Assembly: GCA_963823555.1 (NCBI GenBank)
Contig: CAWGMA010000003.1
Location: 160,001 to 224,000 of the forward strand
Length of the DNA stretch: 64,000 nt
Reading direction: 5' to 3'
Source: Candidatus Eiseniibacteriota bacterium
GTDB taxonomy: Bacteria; Eisenbacteria; RBG-16-71-46; CAVPCR01
Positions 60,251 through 64,000 of the stretch are shown here, one piece after another. The notes beneath the pieces are model-generated. The model did no database searches and had not been told where the DNA came from. It was given only the letters and a program-made list of their open reading frames with translations. The position numbers were made by a program, and so were the translations under genes. Numbering within the stretch: position 1 is the stretch's first letter; the number at the start of each line of letters is the position of its first letter.

Positions 60251-61252
60251 ATGAGCGGTGGGGCGCGGGTGCGTGCCGTGGGGCGCAGCAAGCGGGTACG
60301 GCTCGTCCTCGGGCTCGCCTCCTTCTCCTTGCTGCTTCTCATTTCGAGCCCGCAGCAGATTCTGAGCCTCCTGGTCCATGTCGACTGGAGGTGGCTGACG
60401 CTGTCCTTCGCGCTCTGCCTCCTGGTCATGGTCATCCGCACCTACCGCTGGTGGGGCTTGCTCCACGACTTCGGCCTGCGCGCTCCATTCCATGTCCTGC
60501 TCGAGATGATGACGGTGAGCGGCTTCTTCAATCTCTTCCTCCCGGGCAGTGTGGGTGGCGATGCTTACCGGGCCTACGGGCTGGCACGTTACAGCTCCAA
60601 GACCCTCCGACCGGTGGCCAGCGTTGTCATCGAACGCTTCACGGGGGTCATCGCGCTGTTCCTGATCTGTCCGATCGCCGTGTGGTTCGCGCGGGCGGAG
60701 CTGCCGTTCCCGCCGTGGACGCTCTATGTGGCATGTGGCACCGTGCTCGCTGCGGCGCTCGGCCTGCTCGTCGCCGGCCTGCATGCGGAGAGCTGGTGGA
60801 GCATCCTGGCTCCCCGCCTCCCACGGTTCATCAGCCGCCGGCTCCCCGGCGAGAAGATGCAGATCGTGTTCTCCGTCTTGCGCGATCTCCGCGGCCGGCC
60901 GGGGGCCTTTGCCCGGGCTTGCTTGACCGGAGTCGTGCTCCAGGTGGTGGTGCTCTTCGCCTACTACATGATGGCGGTATCCTTGCACGGGCACATCCAT
61001 CTCCCGCTCTTCTTCTCGTTCTTCCCGCTCATCGAGTTCGTGAGCCTGATTCCGCTCACCGTGAACGGACTCGGCGTGCGCGAGGGGCTCACCGTCTACT
61101 TCCTCGGGGCGGCCGGAATACCGGCCTCGTTCTCGATGGGGCTCTCGATCATCAACCGCCTCATCACCCTCGCCCTCGGCGCGCTGGGAGGCGTGGTCTT
61201 CGTGGCGCGCAGGACGCGGACGCGGACCTCCGGCGCTCGATCCGGCGATTAG
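60251..61252 (+). CDS. Lysylphosphatidylglycerol synthase TM-region (flippase-like) protein
   Basis: RTYRW, FFNLFLPGSVGGDAYR, ERFTG, IPLTVNGLGVREG; alternative start 60095. Confidence 0.85.
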   Translation: MSGGARVRAVGRSKRVRLVLGLASFSLLLLISSPQQILSLLVHVDWRWLTLSFALCLLVMVIRTYRWWGLLHDFGLRAPFHVLLEMMTVSGFFNLFLPGSVGGDAYRAYGLARYSSKTLRPVASVVIERFTGVIALFLICPIAVWFARAELPFPPWTLYVACGTVLAAALGLLVAGLHAESWWSILAPRLPRFISRRLPGEKMQIVFSVLRDLRGRPGAFARACLTGVVLQVVVLFAYYMMAVSLHGHIHLPLFFSFFPLIEFVSLIPLTVNGLGVREGLTVYFLGAAGIPASFSMGLSIINRLITLALGALGGVVFVARRTRTRTSGARSGD

Positions 61253-61268
61253 CCTCCCCAACCCACGG

Positions 61269-62186
61269 ATGGCCGGCTTGACAGATATGCGGAGCACCGA
61301 CCCCCCGGGCCGGGGGATCGCCGGTTTCGGCGAGCGCATCCTCGTCCTCGGCCGCCTGGTTCGCTTCTCGCACTCGGTCTTTGCCCTGCCCTTTGCTCTC
61401 GCCAGTGCGGCCTGCGCCGCCCGCTTCGCTCCGCTGACCCGGGGCCGCGTCTTGTGGATCATCGTGGCCATGGTCGGGGCGCGAACCATGGCCATGGCCT
61501 GGAACCGCCTCGTCGATGAGGAGATCGATCGCGAGAACCCGCGCACGCGCGACCGCGAGTTGCCGGCTGGAAAGGTGAGCCCGGCCGCCGTGCTCGCGCT
61601 CGTCATCCTGAGCGCCGGGGTCTTCTTCATGGCGGCCGCCGCGCTCGGTCCGCTGCCGCTCCTCCTGACCCCGGTCGCGATCGTCATCCTCCTCGGCTAC
61701 TCTCTGACCAAGCGCTTCACATGGGCGAGCCAGTTCGCCCTCGGGCTCGCTCTGGCCGGCGCGCCACTGGGAGCGTGGATCGCCGTGACCGGTGGGCTCA
61801 ATACCGCGCCCCTCGTCCTGGGGGTTGCGGTCTTGACCTGGGTCGCCGGGTTCGACACGATCTATGCCTGTCAGGATGTGGCGTTCGACCGCGGGCATGG
61901 GCTCCATTCGCTGCCGGCGCGCTTCGGCATCGAGGCCGCTCTTCGCGTCGCGCGCGTGCTGCACATCCTGACCGTGATCGGGTTCGCCGCCTTCGGCCGG
62001 ATGCTCGATCTGGGGCCGATCTACTGGGTCGGGGTGGCGGTGGTTGCGGGTGCACTCGTCTACGAGCACCGGCTCGTCCGGGCCGACGATCTGTCGCGAG
62101 TCAATCGTGCCTTCTTCGATCTGAATGGAGTCGTGAGCTTCGTGTTTCTCTCCGCCGTGCTCGCCGCGCGCCCATGGCTGCCATGA
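61269..62186 (+). CDS. ubiA: UbiA-like polyprenyltransferase (MqnP-like)
   Basis: HSVFALPFA, ARTMAMAWNRLVDEEID..NPRT..R, YSLTKRF, GFDTIYACQD. Confidence 0.92.
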   Translation: MAGLTDMRSTDPPGRGIAGFGERILVLGRLVRFSHSVFALPFALASAACAARFAPLTRGRVLWIIVAMVGARTMAMAWNRLVDEEIDRENPRTRDRELPAGKVSPAAVLALVILSAGVFFMAAAALGPLPLLLTPVAIVILLGYSLTKRFTWASQFALGLALAGAPLGAWIAVTGGLNTAPLVLGVAVLTWVAGFDTIYACQDVAFDRGHGLHSLPARFGIEAALRVARVLHILTVIGFAAFGRMLDLGPIYWVGVAVVAGALVYEHRLVRADDLSRVNRAFFDLNGVVSFVFLSAVLAARPWLP

Positions 62187-62803
62187 ACGCCAGGCAGCCC
62201 TCACCCCGCGTCGTCGTCGCCATGACCGGAGCCAGCGGTGCCATCTATGGCCTCCGCCTGCTGCGCTTCCTGCTCATGACCGGAGCCCGGGTGGAGATGG
62301 TGATCTCTCCGTCCGGCCAGCGCGTGCTGCGGGAGGAAGCGAACTACGCTGGGGAGGCGGTCTCCGAGCTCCTGGCCGGTCTCTACCCTGCCGACCGGTC
62401 CGCCCTGGAGACGGGGACCCTCGTCACCCATCACTGGGGCGACATCGGGGCGCCGCTCGCCTCGGGCTCGGTGGCGACGTCGGGCATGGTGGTGGCGCCG
62501 TGCTCGATGGGGACGCTTTCGGGCATCGTCACCGGGAGGGCTTCCAACCTGATCGAGCGCGCCGCCGATGTCACGCTCAAGGAGGGGCGGCCGCTCGTAC
62601 TGGTGCCGCGGGAGACGCCGCTCAACCGCATCCATGTCGAGAACATGCTGCGCGCCATCGATGCCGGCATCAGGCTCGTGCCGGCCATGCCGGCCTTCTA
62701 CTACGGGCCCGAGACCATCGCCGACCTCGCCGATTTCATCGTGGCCCGCGCCGTCGCCTTCCTCGGCATGGACGCGCCCCTCTTCCGGCCCTGGGCCGAC
62801 TAG
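62183..62803 (+). CDS. ubiX: UbiX flavin prenyltransferase
   Basis: TGASGAIYG, ASGS, PCSMGT, RAADVTLKE, VPRETP, PAMPAFY. Confidence 0.95.
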   Translation: MNARQPSPRVVVAMTGASGAIYGLRLLRFLLMTGARVEMVISPSGQRVLREEANYAGEAVSELLAGLYPADRSALETGTLVTHHWGDIGAPLASGSVATSGMVVAPCSMGTLSGIVTGRASNLIERAADVTLKEGRPLVLVPRETPLNRIHVENMLRAIDAGIRLVPAMPAFYYGPETIADLADFIVARAVAFLGMDAPLFRPWAD

Positions 62804-62809
62804 CGCATC

Positions 62810-63529
62810 ATGTCCCGGCGCATGGACACGCTGATCACCCGCGATGAGGTCGGGGCCATGTTCGACGCCGTGGCCCCACGCTACGATCTCCTCAACCGGG
62901 TGCTCAGTCTGGGCATCGACCGGCGTTGGCGCCGGGAGGCCGTGCGGGCGCTGGGACTCGCCCCCGGTGATCTCCTTCTCGATATCTGCGGTGGGACGGG
63001 AGATCTTGCGTTCGAGGCGGCGAGGCAGGTCCCGGGCATCCGCACCGTCAATGTCGATCTGTCGCGGCTCATGCTGCGCCGCTACACCGAGCGCGCGGGG
63101 CTCCACAACGGGTCGCGGGCGCCGGCGACGGTCGGCGATGCCATGGCGTTGCCGGTGCGGGACGGATCCGCGCGTGGAGCCATCGTCGGATTCGGTATCC
63201 GCAATGTCCCCGACCGCCTGCGGGCGCTCACGGAGATCCAGCGCGCTCTGCGTCCGGGCGGAAGGCTCGTGGTGCTCGAGTTCGCCTTGCCGCCGGCGGC
63301 TGCGGTCCGCGGACCCTACCTGTTCTATCTCCGCCATCTGCTGCCGCGCCTGGCCGCCCTTCTCTCGCCTGCCCCTCGAGCCTATCGTTACCTCGGCGAC
63401 TCCATCGTCGACTTTCCCGCCCCCGACCAGTTCGCAGGGCTCCTGGCGCGAGCCGGGTTCGCAAGCGTGAACTGTCGGGTCCTGTCTCTGGGCATTGCCG
63501 TTCGCTACCTGGCCACGAAAGATGAATAG
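62810..63529 (+). CDS. menG: Ubiquinone/menaquinone methyltransferase (UbiE/MenG)
   Basis: MFDAVAPRYDLLN..LSLGID..WR, LDICGGTGD, FGIRNV, LEF, AYRYL. Confidence 0.92.
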   Translation: MSRRMDTLITRDEVGAMFDAVAPRYDLLNRVLSLGIDRRWRREAVRALGLAPGDLLLDICGGTGDLAFEAARQVPGIRTVNVDLSRLMLRRYTERAGLHNGSRAPATVGDAMALPVRDGSARGAIVGFGIRNVPDRLRALTEIQRALRPGGRLVVLEFALPPAAAVRGPYLFYLRHLLPRLAALLSPAPRAYRYLGDSIVDFPAPDQFAGLLARAGFASVNCRVLSLGIAVRYLATKDE

Positions 63530-64000
63530 ACCAACCATCCTCTGTCTTGTCGCTGCCGGCATTCTCGGTCTGGCCCTCCCGTCAGCCGCTGATTACCTCG
63601 TTCATCCCTTTGCCATGCTCGGGGTCGACGGGGGGACGCATGCCTTTCAGCTCACGCCGGAAGGCTGGGTGCGTTCCGAAACGGTCACCCTGGGCATCAC
63701 GCTGGACGGCGCCTCCCTCGAACCCTGGGTCTGGGGTGAATCCGGGCCAGGAGTCGCCCGCACGCAGGCACAGGAAGCCGGGTCGGATCTCGAGCTCACG
63801 GCGATCGCGGTGCGCGCCCAGGGTCTTCCCGTGGACCTTCGCTTCCGCGGGTCGGCGGGGAACCACGACACCGTGACGTGCCGCGTCGAGCAGCCGGTGG
63901 CCCTGCTCCGGATCCGCGTCCAACCGGGGGCGGCCTCATCCTCGAGCGGCTCCTTGCCGCGCGTCGCCTTGCGCATCTCGGCCGACACCGGTCTCCGCGC
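63522..64000 (+). CDS. Secreted hypothetical protein, runs off the window
   Basis: ATG 63522 overlaps the menG end; signal peptide MNRPTILCLVAAGILGLALPSAA; open to 64000. Confidence 0.6.
   Translation, partial: MNRPTILCLVAAGILGLALPSAADYLVHPFAMLGVDGGTHAFQLTPEGWVRSETVTLGITLDGASLEPWVWGESGPGVARTQAQEAGSDLELTAIAVRAQGLPVDLRFRGSAGNHDTVTCRVEQPVALLRIRVQPGAASSSSGSLPRVALRISADTGLR

Noticed and set aside
1..64000. Many long antisense or alternate-frame ORFs (e.g. 2786-4510, 7540-9687, 12033-14576, 24220-26604, 59675-61687)
   Set aside because: They overlap well-supported genes, are Arg/Gly/Pro-rich with no motifs, and are expected shadows in high-GC DNA.
1..64000. Prophage, IS element, integron, tRNA or rRNA
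   Set aside because: No integrase, transposase, phage structural or RNA-gene signatures found by eye.

Overview
High-GC, densely coding bacterial chromosome segment. No rRNA, tRNA, CRISPR array, integrase or transposase was found. Secreted peptidases ending in FlgD-Ig (T9SS-CTD-like) domains, plus a C-terminal TWGxIK motif, suggest an FCB-related candidate lineage such as Ca. Eisenbacteria (inference). Contents: aconitase, a FixLJ-like two-component pair, a peptidase-rich region (two S8, M1, M28), an ABC/FtsX/AttH-like cluster, an FeS-type photolyase, Lhr helicase (several indels, probably sequencing errors), a Ser/Thr kinase, a heterodimeric ABC exporter, a divergent IMPDH-family enzyme, DinB, a CarH-type B12 photoreceptor with a DUF4397 lipoprotein, and part of a futalosine menaquinone cluster interrupted by asnA. 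Best candidate new system (15109-18993, minus strand): a lipoprotein that looks like a stand-alone copy of the neighbouring protease's propeptide, then an S8 protease carrying dockerin, cohesin-like and FlgD domains, then a cohesin lipoprotein. This reads as a surface-anchored, possibly self-chaining protease with its own inhibitor. Also notable: an unannotated leader peptide with a terminator/antiterminator ahead of the ABC exporter, and two candidate structured RNAs. All family calls come from motif recognition by eye; no searches were run.
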